30,553 bases of DNA, taken from the NCBI GenBank assembly GCA_026026165.1, contig JAPEUD010000088.1:62001-92553 (forward strand), read 5' to 3'. A program made the translations under genes and the position numbers. A model generated the notes under the pieces. The model saw nothing but the letters and a program-made list of their open reading frames with translations, did no database searches and was not told the origin of the DNA. The DNA is from Sarea resinae. Taxonomy: Eukaryota. Within the stretch, counting starts at the first letter, position 1; each line of letters starts with the position of its first letter. Positions 19,501-29,187 of this stretch are shown here, in pieces.

Positions 19501-20585
19501 CTCAGGATGGTGAATACTCGAAGGAACCTGGAGCCCCTTCAGTCGGAATACTTGTTTCGGATCAGCAGGCTGGTCAGATTACGGAACCCTCTCTCGAACC
19601 TCAGGATGCCCTGCTCAACGAAAAGTCTATTCCGAACGTGCCGATTGCTCAGAATGAACATGGTTCCCATGCTCAAGTCCAGGCGCCGAGCAGCGGAGAT
19701 TCTTCCAATGGCTTTCTTACGACTAGAAAGGATTATGGTGCCGAATTGGATAGAAGTTCTCCAGGCCAGACCTTGAAGGCCTGGTACGAAGACCAGCATC
19801 AAGCCACCTCAGATCCTACGGTGAATGCGAACAACCAGACAATCTCATCGCAGACCACCTCTTCATCCACAAGCACGGCGGTCTCACCTTACTTCACCCC
19901 GGCGTCGTCTACCATCCCTCCTTCGCCCTCTGAGGTCGCAGTGTACTCGGCTGCGCCAACGCCTGCCGCCGAGGCGGAGGTCATTGACCTAGTCTCTCCG
20001 GTCAGAAAGACCTTCTCGGACGCTCCATGGAAGCGGAAGGCCTCCGACGCATTTTCTTGGCTGGGCCAAGAAGAAGACAATTACATGCGCCCGGCCAAGA
20101 AAATGGCCAGCTATGACCATTCGCTGGCCCGTCGGAGGTCTTCCGCGGATGCCGCGACGGCCGAGAAGGTCCGTCAAGAAGCGGCCGAGAAGGTGGCCAA
20201 GGCAGCAAAGGCTGCGAAGGAGAAGAAGGCGGCGGCCCTGAGGGTCGAAAAGGAAAGGGCGACAACTGCCCGGAAAGTTGAAGCGGAGAGGAAGAAAGTG
20301 GCCAAGAGGGCCGAGATGGTGAAGGCGAGGGAGGAGAAGAAAAAGGAGAGGGCGGCCAAGAGGGCCGAGGAGAAGGAGAGGAGGAGGCAGAGGGCGTTGG
20401 ACGAGGAACTGTTCGGCCCTGAGGAGGAGGAAGAGGAGGAAGAGCCCGACGACGACGACGACGCGCTCTTGGAGGAGGAGCTTGCTAGGGCTTTGATGGA
20501 GGACGTGGAGGAGTCCTCATCAGGGCCTGATCAGGTTCCTCCTCCAAGGATGGCGGACGAGTCGGAGGAGAGCGAGGAGGAGTAG
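16542..20585 (+). CDS. Uncharacterised 1347-aa, largely disordered protein with an internal 16-aa repeat, central coiled coil, K/E/A/R-rich helix and acidic tail; probably nuclear
   Basis: Seen: 4-kb uninterrupted ORF, first ATG at 16542 (the track starts at an upstream GTG). NLS-like PAKKRRV and KRKAS...RPAKK, coiled coil at about 18850-19175, EVIDLVS motif, poly-E/D C-terminus. No family recognised. Confidence 0.85.
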   Translation: MSSSGSQDPHRGPGLTLSPGSQNKRKSPQEWSNGKNHSRVKPASAAGMFEQTDPQLPHVLQSHQQGHQSLYPLASVAAGGLLSQASVARQQQGAAYGSRPVSRSDATVDPFMQASPFQIPNGFSGQVEPIHSSGPVTQAILSAKRSATAGEPAAPAKKRRVESGVPARDDGGHKSSKATPMSTRQTESSHQFQQSSDDSDLPSNGNGEFIARLESMRRSRDLPRETDNTHERVSNELPTLNYPHAQADNTRKVESHGPENQSKEVNHRGDGQGVNGEPFSIDEFEMSDSRADQVRVGSVFGLNSSSSSDGVDMNVRQANAIQHNSIVSNSSGPSANETHRISMGSSHSTQLPQFTMTSAPGSRTSSSASLTSPASSTSKSLHRPSNGVPSDKTSAPTSNPASKEALKALRRYMLPIYHALQNRIDESAELVPQVVEFLKSSTPLPNSSNSNSSKSMDPASFSRGSNSQNGHAVMPRPSLPRSRPAQLSHNGTASTTSTSHLTEPSHNGDASRVQQTPLQNVSGETVQERNPMEMPNGSQGFDSGQSYRTTGQSGLSGPAEVNQTYHSNHPTSFFYGPNEAIDFAGHSSSLHGHIGANDSADYPSLFGPSEANGSADNPSSLFRPIETIDFAGHPFSLYGPNEAIDTASHPSSLYGPSEAIDIIDHASSFYGSSATSNTVGYSTPSYQGLGMANQASPTSIHSSPHISSALEQPSTRQGLKTVADNSRPPTAVSHGAQRSSMGSLTFEITTPADYGFEAIMERPTNELASFDRRFSAQSNEIMKLQNKCQKLEAQLATTKTFNAQVIQERDRYKKALGQWFVENPKTGMTKLESTERMSAQLQKGYLAKRNEVNRLKEQNALYMKQCAELDARLKQALQRGSTLTGLQASSEDVLRPSQQYISPYANLQKTTSHIGSSNGSHYSHGVVSNQINPDQMSSGAVSNANPWVMTLDGLTNANHPMTQNVNFSEDIAAASSNGTSSPTQQITQDGEYSKEPGAPSVGILVSDQQAGQITEPSLEPQDALLNEKSIPNVPIAQNEHGSHAQVQAPSSGDSSNGFLTTRKDYGAELDRSSPGQTLKAWYEDQHQATSDPTVNANNQTISSQTTSSSTSTAVSPYFTPASSTIPPSPSEVAVYSAAPTPAAEAEVIDLVSPVRKTFSDAPWKRKASDAFSWLGQEEDNYMRPAKKMASYDHSLARRRSSADAATAEKVRQEAAEKVAKAAKAAKEKKAAALRVEKERATTARKVEAERKKVAKRAEMVKAREEKKKERAAKRAEEKERRRQRALDEELFGPEEEEEEEEPDDDDDALLEEELARALMEDVEESSSGPDQVPPPRMADESEESEEE
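18246..18555 (+). repeat. Degenerate coding minisatellite, about 6.5 copies of a ~48-bp (15-17 aa) unit
   Basis: Seen: HPTSFFYGPNEAIDFAG / HSSSLHGHIGANDSAD / YPSLFGPSEANGSAD / NPSSLFRPIETIDFAG / HPFSLYGPNEAIDTAS / HPSSLYGPSEAIDIID / HASSFYG; DNA consensus near catccttcttctctttatggacccaatgaggccatcgat. Confidence 0.92.
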
Positions 20586-21346
20586 GGGGGAAGGGGGGAG
20601 GGTGAGGGGGACTGCATTTCTATGACCAAATCCTACAAAGATGGCGAGGGCGAGGACGAGGATGAGGACGATGACGATGAATACGAGCCCACGACATGAT
20701 ACCCAGCATATATACTTTAGCATTCTCATCCTCTCCTCGGTCGCTTTCGGCGATGAAGCTGAAGGGCGGGGGGGAAGGGGGGGAAGGGGGGGAGTGCGGG
20801 ACTGTTTTGCATAGCGATGGCATCGGACTTCTTTTTTCGGGCTGCGGGCGGGCGAGTGAGGGAGCGTTTGGTTTGAAGACCCGCTCTAGTAGGTAGAAAG
20901 AGCTGACCAAGTTCTCTATGCGCGACCGTCTTCTCTTTGGACGAGTGTCTATATCTTTCTCTTTCTACATGGACGGACGGACGGTCGGACGAAATGGCGT
21001 TTTGCCTTGCCATGGACTTATTTTTTGGGGGGGTACTTGACCCTTGAATACGCATTGGTTTAGAAGTGATGAGTGATCGATCCTCTAGGCCTTCCTTGCA
21101 CGCACGTCCTCGACGATGCTTGCACTGAATAGATATCTAAATGATGGGATAGCATGGAATGCTTTCGGATTTCAATCTGGAATTCCTAGCCTCACCACAC
21201 ACCGCACACGCCGCACGCAGCACCGCAGCGCGGGCTAGAGAACTACCCTTTTTTTTCTTACCCACCCACCCCGCCCACCCCGCCTGTCTATCTATCGACC
21301 TATCTATCGACCTATCTAGAGTCTATATACAATGTCCAGCCGTGCG

Positions 21347-21394
21347 TACATACATACATACATACATACATACATACATACATACATACATACA
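21347..21394. repeat. (TACA)12 microsatellite
   Basis: Seen directly, in the convergent intergenic region; a CTATCTATCGAC duplication lies just upstream. Confidence 0.97.
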
Positions 21395-21914
21395 TGTATG
21401 TGTAAAGATGGTCGTGAGTGAGAAACGTGAGTGAATGAACAAACAACAGAGAACAAGGACGCCTGAATTTCTTTCCCGGCCCCCTCCCTCCTGGCACCCC
21501 GGGCTGGACTAGAGTAACCCACCAAACCAACCAAATCAGCCTTTTCTATCTACTAATCTATCTGTGTATATCTGACATGGATACTATACGTCATCAAGCT
21601 CGTCTTTGGACGGCGGGACTATGTAACAATGGAATCGCTTGCTTGCTTGCTCGCTTGATTCGAGATCAAAAAAAAAAAAGGGGGGGCGAAGAGAGAAACA
21701 ATGGGATGAGAGAGTATATGAATGAATGTATAGACGAATGAATGGATAGATGATGACGAAGATGAAGATGGCAGCGGCGGTGGTGCAAAGGTGGCGGGAA
21801 CATTGTGTGTTTGGTATATGGTAAGATAGGAGAAAAGAGCACGAGCATGTGATAAGAGAAGGAAAAAGGGGGAGGATGAGGAGTAGCGTAGATAGAAGAG
21901 GAGAGATGATGTTT

Positions 21915-23048
21915 TCACTCGGCCTTCCTCCCGAGCCCGAACCGGCGTCTGCTGCTGAGACGTCCCGGCCCCTCGTCGGCTTTCTCGACGTCCTCGGCCG
22001 CTGTCGTGGCGTCGGTGGCGTCGGTGCCCTGGCTCGCTCGCTGCGGCGCCTCGACCGTGCCGGCTTCAGCAGCCTTGTGGAAGCCCACGCCGTACGCTTT
22101 GCTCGAGCCCTTCTTCCGGCCCGTGCGCACGTCCCGGCGGCTGGCGCAACAGCAGCACATGCCCAGCTGGAACAGCCAGCCCAGGATGGAGAAGGCGCTG
22201 GCGATCCACATGAAGGCGAACATCTCGCTGCCGAGCTTGGCGCCGATGTTGACCTCGGTCGCGCCCGTGAAGACGTTGCGGAAGATGATGAACATGGCCG
22301 TGGCGATGATGGTGGCGGCCGTCACGCAGAGCGCGGCCAGGAAGGTGATGATCGATATGGGCAGCGAGGCCCAGCGCGTGTAGATGGAGAGGGGCACGAG
22401 GAAGATCATGAGGTAGGATAGGATGGCGCCCGTCAGGAAGAGGCCGAACATCCAGTGCGAGGCCGTTTTGGCCAGATGAAGAGCGTCGGTGATGGTGGCC
22501 GGCAGAGCGATGGTGGCACCTGCGAGCAGCTCATTGAGGATGATGTCGACGGGATTGAACCAGTACAACGTCTCGGGCCTCGCGCAGCGGGTCACGCCCT
22601 GGTCGTCGTAGCCCTCGCAGAAGTTCCATACGCCCACCTGGTAGAAGTCGTGCAGGCCCAGCGTTCGAGCGATGCTGTTGATGAGCACGCTGTTGGGGAC
22701 GCTGCGGGGGATGATCTGACTCAGGTCGAGTTTCAGAAAGTAGATTCTCTCGAGCGGGCCGTGCCGGTGCGTGCTGCCGATCTCGACGAGGATGGTGAAG
22801 ATGAGGGAGATGAGGAAGAAGAGCGAGGTCAGGAGACAGAAGATCTGCCGCGTGCGGGTTGCGCGGTGCAAGCGTTGGAAGCGTTCGGATGTGTTGTCTT
22901 CCTGCTGGAAGTCGTAAGGTTTGAAGCTCCGGGCGGTCTCGTCTGAGGCCGAGGGGGAGCTTGTGCTGGGCGGTTGAGTGGTGGCATTGCTATTTTTCGG
23001 GGATCGGCGAGATCGTCTGAGAGAATGGAATGTAGGTAGAACGGCCAT
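21915..23048 (-). CDS. SUR7/PalI-family four-TM plasma membrane protein (Pun1-like), single exon, 377 aa
   Basis: Seen: TM1 IFCLLTSLFFLISLIFTILVEIG; extracellular loop with the family motif LGLHDFYQVGVWNFCEGY...C; YWFNPV; three further TM helices; CCC cluster after TM4; charged tail. The claudin-like W-xx-C motif is established for SUR7/PalI. Confidence 0.9.
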   Translation of the reverse strand: MAVLPTFHSLRRSRRSPKNSNATTQPPSTSSPSASDETARSFKPYDFQQEDNTSERFQRLHRATRTRQIFCLLTSLFFLISLIFTILVEIGSTHRHGPLERIYFLKLDLSQIIPRSVPNSVLINSIARTLGLHDFYQVGVWNFCEGYDDQGVTRCARPETLYWFNPVDIILNELLAGATIALPATITDALHLAKTASHWMFGLFLTGAILSYLMIFLVPLSIYTRWASLPISIITFLAALCVTAATIIATAMFIIFRNVFTGATEVNIGAKLGSEMFAFMWIASAFSILGWLFQLGMCCCCASRRDVRTGRKKGSSKAYGVGFHKAAEAGTVEAPQRASQGTDATDATTAAEDVEKADEGPGRLSSRRRFGLGRKAE

Positions 23049-25020
23049 GACGATGAGGGGGTTTTCTTCGTCGGCTGGAGATCAATGGAATATGTGTCGA
23101 TTGGAATTGAAAGATACGAGGTAGGAAGGTAAAAAAGCGATGAGACGATGACGACGCAGCACCGCCGCCGCCGCCAATGTTTGCTTGAACGGGGTAGGTA
23201 GAAGCCTACGAGAGGCAGGTGTGCCTTGAAGTCAATCAATGCGGCGAAAGGAATGATGGCAGGCAATCGGGATGCTGTTCAAGGGGTGGGGCCGGTCTTC
23301 ATGGCCACATCCAAGGTCCTGTCGAGCTTGACGATGGTCGAATCGTGGAGTTTGGTCACCGTCACGGTGCTCTGGAGCGGCGTAGCTGTGTAGCTGTGTA
23401 GCTGTGTAGCCGTGTACTCGGGATAGCTGTGCAGAGCAGGGTACCGTACGAAGTAGGGCAATCACATCAGAAAGAGAAGAAGTCGTACTCTATCGAATTG
23501 TCATTGATATGGTCATCGAGTACGCATGCAGTAATCCTTAGTTGTAGTGGTAGTGGAGTCGCGGACACCGGGCTGGTGCTCCATGCTCCATCCCGCTTGA
23601 TGGATTCCGCTCCTGGTCGGAATTAGCTACTGGGTCTCCGATCCGGCGCCAGCACATGCGTTCGATTTGGTGGGAACTTACTCGGTAGGGCAACCCATGC
23701 GGATGTACCGCTACCTCCCTTCCCATCAATGATCCATTACCCTCTCTACCAGACTACTGTAGAAGAAGGTAAGGCACTTGGTAGTCCGCCCTTCGTCATG
23801 AGTCTCGCCCGACAAATCAGGACGGGTAGCAGACATTCTGGTCCGCATCATCGAGACCGAACGAGACCGAAAGGGACGGTGAGATGCATACCTAAGCAGA
23901 CTCAACGAGGACGACCACCACCGCCGTATCCACAATGGAAATGAAATTGGCATTGGCACTGGCATTAGAATTGGTTGGAGGCGCAGTCGCACGCTTGACC
24001 GACCAAGCATGGAAGCAACGTGCATCAGGTACGAGTGCTGACTGCCATGCATCGACCTGCCCTGGCCGAGATCGTCTGGCGTTTCGTCTCGGCATCATCG
24101 TTTCATTAGGGTTAATGAGCCCTCGACTGGACCTGCGACTCCCGTCCTCTTCGGTTTCGGCCCGGCCAGCAGTCAAGCGCGCGGTTCGTGGGCGATCCAA
24201 TGATGTCGGGCAAAAGGCATGGATTCCCGTAGAGTAGACAATGTTGCAATCCTTCCCCGAGCATCTAGCACAGTCCTCCACTCTGCCCTTTTTACTTTCC
24301 TCTACTATGTACCGACAAGTTGCAAGCACTCCTCGTACAAGCACAGACAGCACCGACAGCACAGCCCGCCGAGGTGGATGGGCCCAGGACGGGTACCGGT
24401 ACCGGTACATGGAACACGGCCGTGGTGGTGCGGATCGTCTCAGCGGCATGTCCCTGATCCTGGTCCTGTGGCGCCCATCGCTTCCATCGACGTTCGTGAT
24501 TCTGGTGATGATCATTGTGATGGTGGTTGTGATTGATAAAGTTCGGTGAACTTGCCAGAGTGTGTAGGAGGATCCACAAAAGTAAAGTAGCTCTTCCATT
24601 AGGGCCATGGGCCATGGGCCACTGGCCATCCCACCCGACCCCGTCACAGCTGGAGCCCGACTCTGCTCATAGTACCACGTCGAATACGGAGTAGAGTACG
24701 CTGTAATCTGCTCTTCACCGTGAGCCCTTTAGGCCATCCGATTGACTGCTCCCGTCTGCTCGAGATCTGAGCACTCCAGCGCCAGCTCGCAGACGTCATG
24801 CCTAAACGGGCCGTCCAGCGACCACCCCGGCTACCCACCCTGGAATAAACCCTCGATCGGTCTGCGGCTATCAGTATTGCTGTTCATTCGCTGCATTGTC
24901 GAGACATCAACATCCTGCCTCGGGCAAGAGACGCAGCACACACACTTGCGTGACTCGGCCTTGGTGACCTCGATCACTGTTCTTGCTCGGACATCTGGCG
25001 CTGCTGTCGCCGCTGTCACC

Positions 25021-25062
25021 GTCACTGTCATTGTCACTGTCATTGTCACTGTCATTGTCACT
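25021..25062. repeat. (GTCACT/GTCATT) alternating hexamer repeat, 7 units, just upstream of the PLC-like ATG
   Basis: Seen directly. Confidence 0.93.
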
Positions 25063-25079
25063 GCCACCAGCAGCTCGCC

Positions 25080-26745
25080 ATGCTGTTGACTCGCCTTTTA
25101 CCGTGGACGCTGCTCGGCCTGGGCGTATCTGGCCAGACGACCGTTCTGGTCGGATCGAAGGCGGCGAGTACGGATGCCCTGGGACCTGATGGCCTTCCGA
25201 CGGGCAGTGGAGCTTCCTACATCTCCTACACAACCACCTTGGACCGGCCGATGAGCACCTCACCCCCATCCTCCTCCTCCTCATCCTCGTCCTCGTCGTC
25301 CGGTTCCAAGTCAGGCTCCAAGTCAGGCTCCAAGTCCGATACCTCGAAAACCAGTTCATCCTCGACAGACTCGTCGACGAAGATCACGTCCACGATAACG
25401 ACCACCGAGTTGAGCACCACCGTCAGATCCGGATCCACCTCGGTCTTCTCATCCGTGCTCACGACCAAAACCGTCGAGACCATCAATGCCACCAATGCCA
25501 CTTCGACCTCAACCTCATCGACCGAATCTGTCACTCTTCTCGAGGGATCGAAAGGTCCCGTCACTTTGACCGTCATCAACGGCACCCAGACCCTCAATAC
25601 GACCGCTACGGCAACCAGCAATGCCACGAGCACGTCTTCATCTGCAAAGCCGACGAATACCCAGCCATGTAACAACTATGCTGAATTCTGCGAGCGATCA
25701 TACAGCAATATCACCGAGGTCGGCGCCCACAACAGCATGTTCATTCGACCGGCCAACGCGGCGAGCAATCAAGAGTTGGATGTTCTGGACCAGTTGAACG
25801 ATGGCATTCGGATGTGTAAGTTGGATCCATTCAAAAGTCACCCTCTCATGTGGCCTCTATTCTGACTGGTACAGTACAAGGACAAACACACATGGTGAAT
25901 GGGACATTGTACTTCTGCCACAGCAGCTGCGAGCTCCTCAACGCCGGCACCGTTGAATCTTGGCTCCGAACCGTAACAGGTTGGATCCAGACGCACCCCT
26001 ACGACGTGGTAACCATTCTCATGACCAACGGCGACTATGTCAATGTCGGCAACTTCACCGGGCCCATCGAAGCTTCGGGACTGGCCAACTACGCCTTTAT
26101 ACCGCCCAAAATCCCCATGGGCCTCGAGGACTGGCCCACCCTGACCAGCATGATCCTGTCCGGCAAACGCGCCGTCCTCTTCTTGGACTACCAAGCCAAC
26201 CAGACCCAAGTCCCTTATCTTCTCGACGAGTTCAGTCAGCTCTGGGAAACCCCCTTTGATCCCACGGACGAGGCATTCCCATGTACAGTCCAGCGGCCGC
26301 CGAAGCTAGCCCCCAAGGATGCAGCGTCGAGGATGTACATGGCAAACCACAACCTCAACACGGAGATCAGCATCGCGGGCACGAGCCTTTCGGTCCCTAG
26401 CACTGTCTTGCTGAACGTGACCAACAACGTCACGGGATATGGAAGTCTAGGATTGATGGCCAACACCTGCACCAGTAAGCTTATTTCATTCCGTCCTTCA
26501 TTTGAGGAAACCACTCATGATTGATAGCACAATGGCAACGCCCACCCAATTTTCTGCTGGTAGACTACTATAATCGCGACAACGGCACCGTGTTCGAGGT
26601 CGCGGCCCAGCATAACAATGTCACATACAACCGACCCTGTTGCGGTCTCGTCCAGTCTGCTGCCTGGTCTGTCCATCGATATGAAAGGGGCATGAGCTGG
26701 GCTGCTCTAGCCGCGGCGGTTGTGGGCGGCTTGATAGCGCTGTAA
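25080..26745 (+). CDS. Secreted PI-PLC X-box-like (TIM-barrel) phosphodiesterase with S/T-rich N-terminal stalk and probable GPI-anchor signal. Exons 25080-25815, 25875-26474, 26528-26745
   Basis: Signal peptide MLLTRLLPWTLLGLGVSG; S/T-rich ~180 aa; CNNYAEFCERSYSNITEVGAHNS (His), NQELDVLDQLNDGIRMLQGQTH, LYFCHSSC (second His), HPYDVVTILMTNGD, WETPFD, RPPNFLLVDYY; hydrophobic C-terminus WAALAAAVVGGLIAL. Two canonical introns keep the frame. Confidence 0.9.
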
Positions 26746-27597
26746 ATACCGGGGCCGGTGGGGATTGAGGTGCAGATTTTGATGGGTGGATGGATGCAAT
26801 TACGCTTCTTGTCTATGGTTATTTTTGACACCTTTTTATAGCATGCAGAGAGGGATGGGTTCGTGCTTATATGGAGGAGTTCTGCGGCGTTTGGTCTTTT
26901 TCGTTTGCCCGCCGCAGCTCAGTTCATCGTGTCTTCACCGCGTCTGCATTGGTCAGGTCAGTCAATCAGCATTGGTGGGACATTAGAGACCGCATAGAAT
27001 CCGTAGGATAGAGAAGGAAAAGAGAAAATGGGAATGGCATTGGGGAAGAGGGGTAGATATCGTGTCTTTATTCAGGAGCGTTGATAGATATGGACGGGTT
27101 AGATATGAGAGAACGTCAAATACATAAACCGCCAAACCAGACCCCTGCATATTTTTAATATCATAAAGTCACCAAGTGGTGAGCTCAAGCATGACGATAT
27201 TCAATTCGATACACACTTCATGTTGCTAGATATGGCCAGAGTCAGTAGAAGAGCCCATGAGGAAGATTCTGTGTGGATGGCAATCACCACCACACACCAC
27301 CGATCGTTCCTTCCACTTCCTTCACTTCCGCGTTCCTGACATCGTCGTTTGTCGCGAACACTCACAAAGACAGTGAATGCGCCAGATTCACAACACAGAT
27401 GCGCGCGCATCGGGCCACACTACTTATTGTCCCTTCTCCCTCTTCTTTTCGCCCTCCATCTTTCTCTTCCTTTTCCTCATACATCACCCGCCAAGCACAC
27501 CTCCAATCCATCAATTTTTTCCACCATCAGACCCTCGCGACAGCCAGCAATCAACGCTCAACCGATCGCGAACGCCGAACGCATTATCAACGGCAAC

Positions 27598-29187
27598 ATG
27601 TCAGACAGCGACCATTACGTATCTGCGCGTGGATCCCTGGCTCGGAAGTCCTTCAACAGCATGAGAGGCGGGATGCAGGAGAGATATGGAGCGATCGAGG
27701 ATACCATGCGCGGCGCGTCCGGTCGTCTCCAAGAGGCACTCGAACATGAGCGAGCTGCCAGGAAAGAAGAGGTCCGAATGGCGGCTGCGGCTCGAAATGC
27801 AGCGCGCACACGAATCGAAAGATATCAGCGGGCCACACTAGAGTCGAGGGCCGAGAAGATGGCCGTAGAATCTCTACGTGAGGAGTTGCGAGATCAAGTC
27901 AGGGAGGAACTACGAGCTGAGCTCTACGAGGAGGTCAAGGCACATACGCGCAACGAACTGAGGAGGGAGCTGGAGGATAGTGTCCGTGACGAGCTGGTGA
28001 GGGAGCTTCTACCGCGCGTGGAGAAAGACATTCGCAGTGAGGTTTACGACACCGTGATCGACGCACTGCGCGCGGAGAATCTCGAGGGAGTGGTCCATCG
28101 TCTTTATCAGGAGAACGCTACAGAAATCAAATCGGATTCAGCAATCCAGGAATCCCTGGTAAACGAATTGAAGGGAGAATTACAGGACCAGGTGTGGATC
28201 GAATTGGAGAATGAGCTGCGTTCGGAGGTAGAGAAGGACTTGCGCGGGAAGCTGTTGCGGAAGATCAAGCACGATGCCGAGGAACACATGCCGGAAGACG
28301 TCAAAAAGGCTCTGCCTGAGAACTATCTTGTCGATATTGATGAGGATGATTTGGACGCGTATCGAAGCCGCCTGTCAATCATGGTCCCCCATCACGATGG
28401 ACTAATCATCACACCCCACTCTCCGAAGCAAGACGATATCAATACCAATGGTCACTATAACCTTCACACGTCCGAGTCATCATACTCGGCGCCAGAACAC
28501 TACGGCCCCGGAGGATCCATCCACAAGACTACGGCAGTCGCCGCGGCGTACACCACGACAGCAATCGGCAAACGATCGCGTTCCAATTCTTACGAAGAGG
28601 ATGATACGCCGGATGATATGCAGGCAATCAAGAGAACTAAGATTCGCCAACCCGAGTATGACCGTGACGAAGAAAACGGCTTCCATCAAGACATTTCAGG
28701 GGATGAAATCGATGATGAGAGCTCGGGATCATATTCAGACCGCTCAGAAGACGAAGCGGCGCATGGTGATTCTGGGCCTTTCGAAGAGGCAGAGGCATCA
28801 CTACAAAAGCCTACAGTCTACTCTTACGACGAGTACGGCCAGAAAGGTTTTGCTATGGGCGAATCCGAGGGAGCTGTCTCTCACTGGGGAGAAGACGGCC
28901 GTCTCAATGGCAATCAGCAGCACGACCATGACAACAATGATGATCCTGATGACGACGAGCTGGACGAATCGTCTGAGGAGTTTTCGTCAGAAGCAGCTGA
29001 TGAGGACGATGAGCGGCAGCATTACGACAGCGATCCCGGGCTTAGTGATGACGATGATGCGGAGGAAGAGGAAGACGAGGATGAGGAGGATGAGGAAGGG
29101 GACGATATCATCGACCCAGCTCTCACTGGCGGGAGTCAGGCTCCGACGAGCCACGAGATCATCGACCTCATCTCCGACAGCGAATAG
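27598..29187 (+). CDS. Uncharacterised 529-aa protein: E/R/L-rich coiled coil followed by an acidic disordered C-terminus
   Basis: Seen: long ORF, first ATG at 27598 (aacATG). Repeating LREELRDQVREELRAEL-type helix, NLS-like KRSRS...KRTKIR, D/E-rich tail ending EIIDLISDSE. No family recognised. Confidence 0.82.
   Translation: MSDSDHYVSARGSLARKSFNSMRGGMQERYGAIEDTMRGASGRLQEALEHERAARKEEVRMAAAARNAARTRIERYQRATLESRAEKMAVESLREELRDQVREELRAELYEEVKAHTRNELRRELEDSVRDELVRELLPRVEKDIRSEVYDTVIDALRAENLEGVVHRLYQENATEIKSDSAIQESLVNELKGELQDQVWIELENELRSEVEKDLRGKLLRKIKHDAEEHMPEDVKKALPENYLVDIDEDDLDAYRSRLSIMVPHHDGLIITPHSPKQDDINTNGHYNLHTSESSYSAPEHYGPGGSIHKTTAVAAAYTTTAIGKRSRSNSYEEDDTPDDMQAIKRTKIRQPEYDRDEENGFHQDISGDEIDDESSGSYSDRSEDEAAHGDSGPFEEAEASLQKPTVYSYDEYGQKGFAMGESEGAVSHWGEDGRLNGNQQHDHDNNDDPDDDELDESSEEFSSEAADEDDERQHYDSDPGLSDDDDAEEEEDEDEEDEEGDDIIDPALTGGSQAPTSHEIIDLISDSE

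Noticed and set aside
21066..21128. C/D-box snoRNA candidate (GTGATGA ... CTGA)
   Set aside because: Only 63 nt, no terminal stem, and no rRNA-complementary guide that I can recognise; a snoscan/Infernal search would be needed.
23892..24647. 251-aa - strand ORF and neighbours in the SUR7/PLC intergenic region
   Set aside because: Non-ATG starts, composition driven by simple repeats, several overlapping frames equally open, no splice or domain support.
27349..27597. 83-codon non-ATG N-terminal extension with a hydrophobic stretch
   Set aside because: Explained by a CT-rich 5' leader with few stops; ATG 27598 has good context. Not excluded without ribosome profiling.
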